64,000 nt of DNA from Octopus vulgaris. Lineage: Eukaryota. Numbering within the stretch: the stretch's first letter is position 1; every line of letters starts with the position of its first letter. The notes under the pieces were generated by a model, which ran no database searches, had not been told where the DNA came from, and worked only from the letters and a program-made list of their open reading frames with translations. The translations under genes and the position numbers were made by a program. This document shows, one piece after another, positions 1 through 12,369 of the stretch. The stretch spans positions 21,948,001 to 22,012,000 of the forward strand of contig OX597829.1 in assembly GCA_951406725.2 (NCBI GenBank). The letters are read 5' to 3'.

Positions 1-5
1 TATAC

Positions 6-66
<61 letters not shown>

Positions 67-73
<7 letters not shown>

Positions 74-430
74 TTAGAGACAAAACCACTATTATGCAAA
101 TCAAACAAAGAAAGACTTAAGCCAATACATAAAATAATTTATATAATTAAATTTAATTAAAATAACCACTACGATCGTTTCGTGTCAGCACTTCTATGAG
201 ACATTCTTCAGGTGGTTTCAAAACCTTCTTTGCAAATTTTAAACTATGAGTTCATAAATTTAATTATATAAATTATTTTATGTATTGGCTTAAGTCTTTC
301 TTTGTTTGATTTGCATAATAGTGGTTTTGTCTCTAATTTAATATAATATAATATTTTACTATAAAATTGGATTCAATCCTAAATCTGATTTTTCCCTGTA
401 AATTTGGATTCATTCCCTAATATTTATTAT

Positions 431-432
<2 letters not shown>
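67..432 (-). mobile_element. Penelope-like element remnant: about 90-bp inverted repeats around a hammerhead ribozyme, inserted in (TA)n
   Basis: 67-155 is the reverse complement of about 255-341, with a hammerhead at 164-217 between them. The terminal block (gatttttccctgtaaatttgg...) recurs inverted at about 47806-47913. Both sides are (TA)n. Confidence 0.65.
164..217 (-). ncRNA. Minimal type-I hammerhead ribozyme (canonical C3-G8 core)
   Basis: Minus strand reads AACCAC-CUGAAGA-A-UGUC(loop)GACA-C-GAAA-CGAUCG-UA-GUGGUU. Stem I is a perfect 6 bp, stem II is 4 bp, stem III is the palindrome ACGAUCGU, and the triplet is GUA. Confidence 0.85.
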
Positions 433-477
<45 letters not shown>

Positions 478-520
478 CACAATAACTCAAACACACACAC
501 ACACACACATACATACATGC

Positions 521-551
<31 letters not shown>

Positions 552-573
552 CATACATACATACATACATACA

Positions 574-621
<48 letters not shown>

Positions 622-718
622 TCACTCAAACACACATACACACACACACACATTTGAATTTACATGTTTGCAAATACATTGACATAAATAAAATATATTT
701 GTTGATGTCTATTTTCAG

Positions 719-813
719 GAATGAGAGTTCACATTACAGAGTCAACAAAGAATTCTTTGCTTGACAACTCTGCTGACTATATTATTTCTAGCCGAGGCAA
801 AACAATGATTAAG
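719..813 (+). CDS. Internal exon of a receptor-type guanylyl cyclase (C-terminal part of the cyclase domain)
   Basis: ttttcag acceptor and AAG/gtaagt donor. Encodes (x)MRVHITESTKNSLLDNSADYIISSRGKTMIK, matching the cyclase motif RIHxSxxT...RGxxxxK. Joins the exon at 7378 in frame. Confidence 0.88.
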
Positions 814-1123
814 GTAAGTGAAATTTCAAAAACAACTGAGTGAATCTGCTAGCATGGTATAGCTGTGAAACAGAAAGAAAGCAAAAAGAGAAAATATATT
901 GAACTGACATGAAACCAAACAAGATTGGTTATAAAATATAAAACAGAAATGAAATTACTTAAAACAGAAACATATCTAATAGAAAAATATTATATAAAAA
1001 TAAATTGACATAAAGCAAGAACATTTTTGATAAAGATAAAACGAGAATAGACTAATATGAAAAAAGAATTGAATTGGAATAAACCAGAAATGAGTTCACA
1101 TAAAACAGAAACATATCAATATA

Positions 1124-2396
1124 TAGGAGTAGGAGAAAATAATGGAAACACCTAGCATCATAGCATCATAATTTTGAAATATCTATAAAGACCATCAAAA
1201 GTTTGTTTATTTTTATGTTTTTTGATTTATTATTAGTGTTACTTAATATGTTTTGCTAAAATTGCTGTTTCTTTTCATATATTATCAGAAAAATGTAATT
1301 AAAATTCATTAAAATGACAGATCTATGAGACTTTAAAGAGGTCAAATTACTGGTGTTCATATGGCAGGTGCTAGCATAATGAAAACAGATGAAATATTTG
1401 GTATATCAAGAAGTACTGTCTTGAAAGTAATGATAGTCTTTGAGAAAGAGAGTAAAAAACCTCCTCATCAAAACTAAACTCCGGAAGAAAACCAAAACTT
1501 TCAGACAACGATTGTCAAACTCTGAATTGTTAGAAAGAATCACAAAAGTACAGCTCCTAAAATTACTGCAGAGCTTAATAACCACCTCGAGAACCCAGTT
1601 TCCACAAAAACAGTTAACTTGGAGCTGCACAAAGCTGGATTTCACGGGAGGGCTGCAATCAGAAAACCACTAGTTTCATAAAACAAATGTTGCAAAGTGT
1701 TGAGAGTGAAGTAAAACCTACAGAATTGATCCCTAGAGCAGTGGAAGAATGTTATTTTCTCAGATGAGTCATACGTTACCATATTTCTGACCACTGGCCA
1801 AGTAAACATGTAGAGACAGCCAAAAGAAGTATTTGACCCCAACTGCCTTCTTCCAACTGTTAAACATGGAAGAGGATCTGTGATGATCTTGTGGGATTTT
1901 ATATCTTGGAAATCCACCAGCCCAATAGTTTCCCTTCATGGCAGAATTAATAGTGAAGACTATTTAAGCATTTTATCTGATCAAATTCATCCTATGGTTG
2001 CAGAACTGTTTCCAGAGGGAAACGTAATCTTTCAGGATGATAATTCACCAATTCACACAACTTAAGTTGTTACTAAATGGCACGAGGAATATTCTAGTGA
2101 AGTTGAACATCTTATCTGGCCACCACAGTCCCAAGATCTCAATATTATTGAATGTTTATGGTGCATTTTAGAAAAACAAGTAAGGAGTTGATATCCTCCA
2201 CCATCATCACTACAAGAACTGGAGATTGTTTTAGCTGAAGAATGGACAAAAATTCCTTTGGAAACAATTCAAACTTTGTACAAGTGCATACCTCACAGAA
2301 TTCAAGCTGTAATTACTGCAAAATGTGGTCCTACTCTATATTAAAATAAATTTGTTTAAAATTTTAAGGTGTTTCCATTATTTTGCCCAACCCCTG
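1124..2396 (+). mobile_element. Tc1-like DNA transposon, decayed, DD36E spacing
   Basis: TIRs like cagggggttggacaaaataatggaaacacc (left one degenerate). Transposase remnants MTDL*DFKRGQI, LFSDES, IFQDDNSPIH and WPPQSQDLNIIE, with stops and frameshifts. Confidence 0.9.
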
Positions 2397-2409
2397 TGCA
2401 TAATACACA

Positions 2410-2625
2410 AAGCGGTGAGCTGGCAGAAACATTAGCACGCCAGATGAAATGCTTAGCAGTATTTCGTCTGTCTTCATGTTCTGAATTCAAATTCTGGTGA
2501 GGTTGACTTTGCCTTTCATCCTTTCAGGGTCGATAAATTAAATACCAGTTGCATACTGAGGTCAATCTAATCAACTGGCTCCCTCCCCCAAAATTTCGTG
2601 CCTTGTGCCCTGGAGTCGAGAAGAA
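2410..2625 (+). mobile_element. tRNA-derived SINE family A (Nin/Deu-like central domain)
   Basis: Head gcggtgagctggcagaaacattagc, B-box-like ttcaaattc, central gcctttcatcctttcagggtcgataaattaaataccag. Many copies in the window. Confidence 0.8.
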
Positions 2626-2819
2626 TATATATAATACACATGTATTTGTATATATACATTTTTTGTGAGTTTGTTCCACTTTTTATGATTTACTCTCTAA
2701 ATAATCCAACATCCAGCTCTAATTTATTTGACATAGGCTGGAGTTGTTCTGTTTAGCTTTTGTTTTAGAAAGTTCATTCTGTTCATTTTTCTGCTTTTTC
2801 TCAATAGTATATCTAATTA

Positions 2820-3096
2820 ACATTATTTACATTTGACGGATACTAATTAACATTATTTATATTTGATGGATATTTGTCCTCATTTTGTTTGTTGTTAGCA
2901 CAACATTTTGGCTGATATACCCTCCAGTATTCTTCAGGTGTCTTGGGGAAATTTCAAAACTGGATTTTTCAATATTATTATTATTTTTCAATATTATTAT
3001 TATTACTATTATTATTAGTGTTCAGGTCACTGCCGGAAATTGAACTCGGAATCTTGGGGTTAGTAGCCCGTACTCTTAACCACTATGCCATATTCC
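2820..3096 (-). mobile_element. tRNA-headed SINE family D with hammerhead-like tail (copy 1)
   Basis: Minus strand has A-box TGGCATAGTGG, B-box GTTCAATTTCC, (AAT)n, then gacacCTGAAGA...cagccAAAAtgttgtgct and a (tgtaaataa)-like tail. Homologous to 6170-6404. Confidence 0.75.
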
Positions 3097-3235
3097 AGTG
3101 GTCAATTATGGAGTGAATTTTAGGGTTTATAAATCTAATATTTTTTTCTATCCTTCCTTAATACCGGTTAAATATAGAAATCTAATTAATTCATACATAA
3201 TATACTAAGTGTCATCAATATGTATTGCATGTATT

Positions 3236-3416
3236 TGCACGTAAAAAGCATCTGCTACACTCATGGAGTGGTTAGCGTTAGGAAGGGCATCCAGCTGTAG
3301 AAACACTGCCAGATCAGACTGGAGCCTGGTGCAGCCTTCTGGCTTCCCAGACCCCAGTCGAACCATCCAACCCATGCTAGCATGGAAAACAGATGTTAAA
3401 CGATGATGAGGATGAT
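3236..3416 (+). mobile_element. RTE LINE 3' UTR fragment with (GAT)n tail
   Basis: ttaggaagggcatccagctgtagaaac...aacccatgctagcatggaaaacagatgttaaacgatgatg. The same sequence ends the RT-bearing copies at 42131 and 59180. Confidence 0.8.
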
Positions 3417-4512
3417 TCCTTTTTACTCTTTACTCTTGCTAATTATTCTGCTTCATATATTCCACTATATTCCACTATTACATTTTATATTCAAATTACT
3501 GATAGTTATCATGTATTTACCGTTACTCTTACAATGCATGCATTTATTTCTTGATTTAAGCAGAGTATAAAAAAAACAACAGAAATAGCATGAAATTACA
3601 GATTGAAAATTCAGAAGGCTGAGTGGTGTTGGTGCCTCTTCATGCCTATACAAGAAATATAGTTCTTTAGAAACTTTTGCAGTCATCATAATAATTTAAT
3701 GTCTGTTTTCCACACTAGCATGTGGTGAATAATAATGCTATGTTAAAGTACATTTGTAGCTTTTGCATAGAATGTGTCAAATATGTTGCAAAAATGCACA
3801 GCATAAAATGAACCTGCTGTTCCTTGAAAACTCTTAGAAAAATATATCTAACCTGTTTGTAAAATTATGTTCCCGTGTGTAAATATACATATATTCTGGT
3901 AGTTTTTAACACATGTACATTTACAACATTTGTGAAATAAGCCAAAGCATTTATTGTAGAAATTAACATAATGTAGAATGACAATATATTGACTACAATG
4001 TGTTGTACATATTAAAAGTAATCAAACCTGTATAATATTTGAGGAGTGATAAATATAATTTTCTTATTTTCCTGTTATTTTGGCATTTGTATTTACATTC
4101 TCATAGCCTCATTAGTAACTTTCATGTACATTTTTTTCAACAATACCACCAGTTGGAAAAATTGGATATTCATACATACAAACCAAAATGTAATTATCAC
4201 CAAGTTTAGTAAAATACCCACAGTCATTATTGATAAATCAGATACTCTAGTCCAAAATAATAAAATATCAAACAAAATGAATTGACAGAAAACAAGAATA
4301 ATACCGATAAACTTAGAACAAGATTTAAATGAAGAAATGAACTGGCATGAAATGAGAATGAAATTATATAAAACAGCAAAAAAAAAACTTATGTAAAACA
4401 GAAATAAACTGACGTGAAACAGAAATATACTGTCACAAAAAGGAAACAATATGGTAGGATTTTAATTCAAAGCGGCTACAACTATAACTGTTACGAGGCA
4501 TTTTGTCTAGTG

Positions 4513-4699
4513 TAGCGCTCTGCAACCAGTAAGCCTCGGAACACTGGTGTGCCATGAGATAATGCTAGGTGTGCCACAGTGTAACCTGAATATAATTGTT
4601 TTCCCTATATTTTTAGTTATATTTTTAGTTCAGGTGTGCTGCTGAATTTTTAAAGGAATATAAGTGTAGTGCAAGTGAAAAAAAGGTCGCAGAGCACTG
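4513..4699. mobile_element. hAT-type MITE
   Basis: TIRs tagcgctctgcaacc / ggtcgcagagcactg, with 8-bp TSD gtctagtg at 4505-4512 and 4700-4707. Confidence 0.8.
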
Positions 4700-5846
4700 G
4701 TCTAGTGTTCTCACAACTCAGTCAGTCCATTATCTTCAACATGGAAGTACTTACAGCATCTAGTTTTCACAAATAGACATTCATTTAAGTACTAATTAGG
4801 TTTGTAGCCCAACCATGTCACATTCTGTGTCACATTGAATCTCTCTGAGAACTATGTTAAGGGTATGTCTCTTTGTGGAATGCTCAGCCACTTGCACCTT
4901 AATTCCACGAGCAGGCTGTTCTGTTGATCGGATCAGTTCGCTCACTCGTATTCATAATGAACAGAGAGTCAGTTCAAATGATGATGATGATGATTGGGTG
5001 AAGACGAATCTTTTCACTGTGATATAACCAGTCAACTATCCAGAGTCTTAGATAGTAGTTCAAAAACTTCATTACGTTATACTACACAACAAATATTTAA
5101 AAAATATGTCAAGGAATAATTTTTTTATAAATGCTAAATTATAAATTATATATAAATATATATAATTATATATGAATATATATAAATTATATATAAATTT
5201 TTATAAATTCTAAATTCTAAATTCTAAATTCTTTGTCCAACAACATGGCAACTTCTAGTTGATACATTAAATAACATTTAAGAAATACAAAGAAATAAAT
5301 GAGATAAATTCCATCAAAATATTGTTTTTGTTTGTGACATTTTGAATCACTTGGCCGATTCTATAATCAGTTATTTGCTGCTACAGCTCATTACAATTGC
5401 TCTCATTACAAGAAATAATAACTATTAATTGCTGTTAATGATATGGCCTGAAACTATTTCTTCTTTTGTTGTTACCATGGTGACTGTTTTACATATTTAT
5501 TGAAAAAACTAACAGGGTGAGAATGGTGAATGTGTATATGTCAAAGCATGTTCTGCCTTTTTTGTTTCATTCACTTTATTTTTGTTTTTAATGAGTTTAT
5601 CTGTCTTTCAGATCAATTTTAATTTTATGTGAATTTCAAACAGTTTTCGTAGATGTTTTCTATTCTGTTCTGTCATTTGATTTCTGCCTTTTATGAGATC
5701 ATATCACTTAAATTTATATTTCACCTTAGATTCTCATCCATGTAATTGTCTTCAATTTTATATCAGTTAGTCAATACTTGATATTATTTTCTTGGTTTTA
5801 TATCAATTAGTCAATGTTTGATATTATTAAGTTTATTTCTACTTAA

Positions 5847-6067
5847 CCCTTTTGATACCAACCTGCCTGAGACCACCTCTGGCTCTGAGTACAAATGTCT
5901 TGTTTTCAAAAGTTCTGAATTAAAATCTTCCACCAAACCTTAGTCACAATTTATGTTCCTAACAGAAGCTGAATGATAACTAAGTTATTTTACTAAATTC
6001 TTTGTTGTATTTAAAATTAATTGAAAGAAACACAGAAAATCGTAACAGAAATATGGTAACAAAAGGG
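5847..6067. mobile_element. piggyBac-like MITE
   Basis: TTAA-CCCTTTTG...CAAAAGGG-TTAA termini. Confidence 0.7.
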
Positions 6068-6169
6068 TTAATGTTTCTTGACAAGCCATTTATTGAGCAA
6101 ACTAACAGGATGAGAATGGTGAACATGTGTATGTCAAAGCATGTTCTACCTGTTTTTGTTTCATTCAAT

Positions 6170-6404
6170 GGACATATGGCGTAGTAGTTAAGAGCGCGGA
6201 CTACTAACCCCAAGATACCAAGTCCGATTCTAGGCAGTGACCTGAATAATAATAATAATAATAATAACAACAACATCGAAAAATACCTTAGGAATGAGAA
6301 CTCATGTTCGAAATTTCCCCAAGACACCCGATGAAGGCTAGAGGGTATATCAACCAAAACATTGTGTTAACAACAAACAAATGTAAATAATGTAAATAAT
6401 GTAA
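6170..6404 (+). mobile_element. tRNA-headed SINE family D with hammerhead-like tail (copy 2)
   Basis: TGGCGTAGTAGTTAAGAGCGC...GTCCGATTC head, (AAT)n linker, gacacCCGATGAaggctagagggtatatcaaccAAAAcattgtgtt, and a (tgtaaataa)n tail. Confidence 0.75.
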
Positions 6405-7377
6405 GCTGTTTATATTTCATGAGTTCAGTTGTTTTATCTCAATTCATTTCTGCTTTATGTTAGTTATTTCTGTTTTATGCCAATGTATTTCTGTTTTGCC
6501 AATCATTTCTCTTGTATGTTACTATATTTGTTTTATGCCAGTCCATTTCTATTTCATGCCAGTTCAATTCTGTTTTATGCCTGTATTTTTGTTTAATGCC
6601 TATATTTCTGTTTTATATCAACATATTTCTCTTTTATATCAACATATTTCTGTTTTATATCAATGTATTTCTGTTTTATATCAATGTATTTCTGTTTTAT
6701 ACCAGGCATAAAAATTCTGTATCTTTTTAAAATGTCCTTATGTGGTTACTTGATCATGTAGCAATAACATCCAAATTTCCCCCAAACCATATCCTACAGC
6801 CTTAAAAAATATCGTGATCCTGGGTCTCTTGCTCTTATGAAAAAGACAGGAAGGTCATGAGTGAAACACCTTTGATTTTAAATCAACTTCATCTGAGCTG
6901 ACCTAGGGTTATATACCAATAACAACATCAACAATAACAGTAACATGGTATCCTACTCAAAGTACAAACTTCCACATAGTCACTCAACCTGTCTAGAAAT
7001 AACAGCCAAACTTCCTTCAAATCATACTTGTTTGTCTTTAAAACAATTGAAAGAAACACAGAGCATCTCAAAATAAATACAGTAATGAAAGGGAGTTCTA
7101 GATACACTGTCTGCTTATAAGATATTATGGTCATAACCAGAATATCTTTGATCATAGGCCTGTTTGGATCAGGACTGACCTTCTGGTGCTAAAAGACAAC
7201 AACAGTTACTATATTTATCTATGCACTGGTTCCTGTACTTATCTATTTACCCTATATGTGTAAATAATACCAGTCAACTCAACTTTGCCCTCTGTGGTAT
7301 GTTAATTAAGGATGATTTATAAAGAATAAATCAAGATTTGCTAAATACCATCTCTGTTTTTTTTAATATCCTTTCAG

Positions 7378-7458
7378 GGTAAAGGTTTAATGCAAACTTA
7401 CTGGTTGAATGGCAAGCGAGGATTTAGCCAGCAGCTTCCATTGGTTTCGGAATTGTAA
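7378..7458 (+). CDS. Guanylyl cyclase exon GKGLMQTYWLNGKRGFSQQLPLVSEL* (terminal, or spliced onward at 7454)
   Basis: Polypyrimidine tract plus ctttcag acceptor. Carries the GKGxMxTYWL signature followed by GxxGFxxxLP, as in membrane guanylyl cyclases. The stop TAA overlaps a gtaagt donor. Confidence 0.9.
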   Translation, partial: GKGLMQTYWLNGKRGFSQQLPLVSEL

Positions 7459-7721
7459 GTAAATGACATATTCATAATTTCTATGTATAAGATGATTAAT
7501 TAGCTTAAATGAAGTAATTATGAAGTAGATTTTCTGATGCAAACATGGAAATAGAACTCAAATCGGGAATATATGTACCCTTATGCCAAAACAGACACAG
7601 AAGTACCCTTATATATGTACCCTGAGGCCAAAACAGACACAGAAGTATGGTGCAGGCTTCTGCCTGGCTAGCTCCTATCAAACTGTCCAACCCACGCCAA
7701 CATGGAAAGAGAACTTTAAAC

Positions 7722-7990
7722 ATGATGATGATGATGATGTTGATGATGATGATGATGACGATGACAATGATGATGATAATTATGATGATGAAGATGATGA
7801 CAATGATGATGATGATGACGATGATGACGATGATGACGATGATGACGATGATGACGATAATGATGACAATGATGATGATGATGACGAGGATGATGATGAC
7901 GATGATGACAATGATGACGATAATGATGATGATGATGATAATGATGATGATGATGATGACGATGATGATGATGACGACGACGACGACAAC

Positions 7991-8037
<47 letters not shown>
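7722..8037. repeat. (GAT/GAC)n microsatellite, expanded tail of an RTE 3' end
   Basis: Directly follows ctgtccaacccacgccaacatggaaa...ttaaa. Confidence 0.95.
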
Positions 8038-8040
<3 letters not shown>

Positions 8041-9129
8041 GAATGTGAAGTGGCAGTTTCTTCTGTGTTTTAATGCCCTGAGATTAAATGCCACCAAGGT
8101 CAACTTTACTTTCCATCCTTTTTGGGATTGATAAAGTAAGTATCAGTCAACACTGGGTTCAACGTCCATTGACTTCCAACTACCTCCAGAACTGCTGGCC
8201 TTGTGCTAAAATTAAAAAAGAATTATTCGTTAACTGGCACAAGTTACAAAATGACTCGAAGGTAGGAAGTTTCGTGCTTTGGCACTTACCAAATTATAAT
8301 CATGATTATAATTACTATAAGGTAGATAATTCCTTGTTTTGTTGTTTATAATACTGAGGTGTGCCTCAGAGAAAGCTTTGATTTTCACTTTCAAACCAGC
8401 TTATGTTTACCTTTCGATAAAGGCATGAATGCTACAACAGCCCATTTACTATTCCATTATAAAAGATGCAGAAACCTTGTGATTAGTAAAGACTTTGTCT
8501 ATCATTTCAATAGATGCATAGTATGTATGTGTGTTAGAGAGTGAGAGAGAGAGAGAGAGAGAAAGAGTATGTGTGTGTGTGTGTGTGTGTTTATGAGAGA
8601 AAGTGTATGTGTGTATGTGTGAAAGTGTGTTTGTATATATATGTGTATGTGTGAGAGTGTGCGTGAGAGAGAAAGAGAGAGAGCATGTGTGTATGTATGT
8701 GTGAGAGTGTGTGTATGTATGAGAAAGAGAGAGAGCATGTGTGAGAGTGTGTGTGTGTATGAGAAAGAGAGAGAGAGAGAGAGAGAGCCTGTGTGTGTGT
8801 GTGTAAGTACTAAGAGTCAATATTCTTTGACATATAAGCAATAATGAAACAAAAGTGGTAAAGCAACTGATAATTTTCTTCTGGAATTTCTTTCTATTCC
8901 TCAATAGTATTGAGTCTATCAAAGCTGAGTTGCTATTATTGTTGTCATTAGTGAAAAAAAAAAATTGTTATTGAGTTCAATAGACATACTGCTTTGAATG
9001 TGATCATTTAAGAAAGACCTGAGGTTTGAACCTTGGATGTTAGGATTCACAGATGAAATGCATCAAAATGATTTGTAATATGACATGATAGAAACATGTC
9101 CTAATTAATCCAACAAGAAAATGATATAC

Positions 9130-9885
9130 CTTAAAATAGAGATGATAATAATGATGGTGATGAAAGTGGTTGTGGCAGTAGCTGTGGTGGTGGTGTTGGT
9201 GGTGGTGGTTGCAGTAGTGGTGTTGGTTGTAGTTATGGTGGTTGTGGTGGTGGTGGTGGTAGTTGTGGTGGAGGTAGTTGTGGTGGTTGTGGTGGTGGTG
9301 GTGGTTGTGGTTGTGATGGTTGTGGTGGTGGTTGAGGTGTTTGTGGTTGTGGTGTTGGTTGTGGTGGTGGTAGTGGTTGTGGTTGTGGTGGTGGTGTTGG
9401 TTGTGGTGGTGGTGGTGGTGGTAGTGGTTGTGGTTGTGGTGGTGGTGTTGGTTGTGGTGGTGGTTGTGGTTGTGGTGGTGGTGTTGTGGTGGTGGTGGTG
9501 TGGTGGTGTTGGTGGTTGTGGTGGTGGTAGTGGTTGTGGTTGTGGTGGTGGTGTTGGTTGTGGTGGTGGTGGTAGTGGTTGTGGTTGCGGTGGTGGTGTT
9601 GGTTGTGGTGGTGGTTGTGGTTGTGGTTTTGGTTGTGGTGGTGGTAGTGGTTGTGGTTGTGGTGGTGGTGTTGGTTGTGGTTGTGGTGGTGGTAGTGGTT
9701 GTGGTTGTGGTGGTGGTGGTGGTGGTTGTGGTGGTGGTGGTGGTGGTGGTGGTTGTGGTTGTGGTGGTGGTGTTGGTTGTGGTGGTGGTTGTGGTTGTGG
9801 TGGTGGTTGTGGTGGTGGTGTAGGTTGTGGTGATGATGATGGTGGTTGTGGTGGTGTTGGTGGTGTTGGTTGTGGTGGTGAAGGT
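9130..9885. repeat. (GGT/TGT)n trinucleotide array
   Basis: Seen directly; source of the poly-V, poly-T and poly-H pseudo-ORFs. Confidence 0.95.
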
Positions 9886-10109
9886 GATTATGGCTTTGTT
9901 GGTCGTAAGATCTTCTGCAACAAATGGGTTATTAGAAAAATATCTATTGCATGGCTGAGTGGTAAAGAAGTTTTCTGGGCAACCATTCATTTCCAGGCTT
10001 AGTCCCACTGCAATGTACACTGGTCAAGTGTTTACTATACTATAGCCCTAGGCCTACCAATACCTTGAGAGTGGTTTTGGAAAATGGAGACTCTGTGGAA
10101 GCCTGTCAT

Positions 10110-10445
10110 ACATAAATACATCAAGGAAAAAGAGATCACCTATGCTGAACTATTGAGAAATCTTCAGTTACTCTATCCAGATTACAAGTTCAGATTTGTA
10201 CCAGTAATTATTGGGATTCTGGTATATGTAACACATTGCCTAAATATCAATATTGAGAAATTAGACTTCTCAAAACCAGAAAGGAGAAAGCTAATTAAAA
10301 GACTGCAGATCCAATCCATTACTGGAAATGTACAAAAATCTGTAAAACTTTCCAGAAGATTATCATTTAAGTATATATGAGCATGTCTAGATATGCAACT
10401 ATATGCATAAGAATACATACATAAAGCAAAACATACAAATCTGCA
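10110..10445 (+). mobile_element. 3' fragment of an RLE-type (R4/Dong-like) non-LTR retrotransposon
   Basis: KEKEITYAELLRNLQLLYPDYKFRFVPVIIGILVYV...LIKRLQIQSITG resembles the EKxxKYxxL...PxxxGxLG end of restriction-like endonuclease domains. It runs into (TACA)n and is nested in a family-B SINE. Confidence 0.6.
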
Positions 10446-10716
10446 CATACATACATACATACATACATACATACATACATACATACATACATACATACAT
10501 ACATACATACATACATACATACATACATACATACATACATACATACATTCATTCATTCATACATACATACATACATACATACATACATACATACATACAT
10601 ACATACATACACACACACATACATACATACAAACATATACACACACACGCACATACATACATGCATATATACGTACATACATACATACAGGTATAAATAT
10701 ATATATATGTATGGAT

Positions 10717-10763
<47 letters not shown>

Positions 10764-11162
10764 TGTGTGCATTTTTATATTTGTCTCTTCACTGCTTGAC
10801 AATCAGTGTCAGTTTGTTTACATCCCTATAATTAGGCAGTTCAGCAAAAAAAAAAAAACCACTACAATAATAACAAGACTTAAAAAACAAAAAACATACA
10901 TACTGGAGTCAATTCAAAGCAGTGCTCCAGCATGGTCACAGTCCAATAACAGAAACAAATAAAACAATAAAAAAAGTATATTTTTGCATGAACAAATAAA
11001 AAAAAAAAAACTAAGACTAACAGATATGAAACATAAGATAAAAGAATAATAATAAAAAAATATAAATAATAACTATCAAAAAAGAACAAAAATACACAAA
11101 TTGAAAGTAAGATGACTGCAATGAAAAATTCTTATATCTCCATTACTGAAGAGAAATATTTA

Positions 11163-11396
11163 ACCTATTTCTTTATTACCCACAAGGTGCTAAACACAGA
11201 GGGGACAAACAAGGACAGACATAGGTATTAAGTCGATTACATCGACCCCAGTGCGTAGCTGGTACTTATTTAATCGACCCCGAAAGGATGAAAGGCAAAG
11301 TCGACCTCGGCGGAATTTGAACTCACAACATAACGCAGACGAAATACCGCTAAGCATTTCGCCCGGCGTGCTAACGTTTCTGCCAGCTTGCCGCCC
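11163..11396 (-). mobile_element. SINE family A, full length
   Basis: 15-bp TSD gaagagaaatattta at 11148-11162 and 11397-11411. Confidence 0.9.
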
Positions 11397-11511
11397 GAAG
11401 AGAAATATTTAGCCGTTTTTGTTATCATGTTTCCATTGAAATACACTACCTTTGTTCCACTTAAGTTTAAAAATGAAGAATTTAGTGAAAGAATTTTGTT
11501 TATTAAGATAT

Positions 11512-12192
11512 AGGTGCGGGAGTGGCTGTGTATAGGTGAAGGAGTGGCTGTGTGGTAAGGGGTAAGCCCCTCCCATTTTTATTCATTTTTGTTGTTATCA
11601 TTCTTATCACATTAATGTCCCTGTCCAGCCCGTAGCTACTCTGTGCACTGCCCTTGTGGCAAACTATCTGAATAAAAGTAGCTTGCTTACCAACCACATC
11701 GTTCATGGGTTCAGTCCCACTATGTGCCACCTTGGGCAAGTGTCTTCTACTACAGCCTCGGGCCGACCAAAGCCTTGTGAGTGGATTTGGTAGACAGAAA
11801 CTGAAAGAACCCCGTCGTATATATGTATATGCATATATATGTGTATTTGTGTGTGTGTGTTTGCCCCCCCCACGTCGCGTGTGTGTGTGTGTTTGTCCCC
11901 CCCCCAACGTCGCGTGTGTGTGTGTGTTTGTCCCCCCACAACGTCGCGTGTGTGTGTGTTTGTCCTCACCCCCAACGTCGCGTGTGTGTGTGTTTGTGTG
12001 TTTGTTCCCCCCCAACGTCGCTTGACAACCGATGCTGGTGTTTACGTCCCCTGTAACTTAGCGGTTCGGCAAAAGAGACCAACAGAATAAGTACTAAGCT
12101 TACAAAGAATAAGTCCTGGGGTTGATTTGCTCGACTAAAGGCAGTGCTCCAGCATGGCCACAGTCAAATGACTGAAACAAGTAAAAAAGAGT
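11512..12192 (+). mobile_element. tRNA-derived SINE family B with internal microsatellite and a roughly 100-bp insertion
   Basis: gtggctgtgtggtaag...gggttcagtccc...ccttgggcaagtgtc...gtgagtggatttggtagac...tccagcatggccacagtcaaatgactgaaac. Contains internal tandem cccccaacgtcgcgtgtgtg units. Confidence 0.85.
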
Positions 12193-12369
12193 AAGGTAGT
12201 GTTTTGAAAACGAATTAACATAAAATTGTAATAGAAGATTTTAATTGAGATCACTTTAAGCCTTTTTCTTACTAAATTTCTATTGAAATATACTACCGTT
12301 ATTTCACTTAACTTTGATAACAATGAAGAATTTATTAAAACAACTTTATCATTTTTAAGCTGGTATTTA

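Noticed and set aside
5490-6167. About 80-bp direct repeat at 5490-5573 and 6087-6167 as LTRs
   Set aside because: No TG...CA ends, TSD or primer-binding site, so more likely an old local duplication.
6170-6245. tRNA gene
   Set aside because: A/B boxes are present but there is no acceptor stem, and the sequence continues into a repeated SINE body.
7583-10020. Poly-Asp, poly-Thr/His and Gly/Cys-rich ORFs resembling biomineral or keratin-associated proteins
   Set aside because: Trinucleotide microsatellites open in several frames. The GAT run is an RTE tail, and there is no splice or signal-peptide support.
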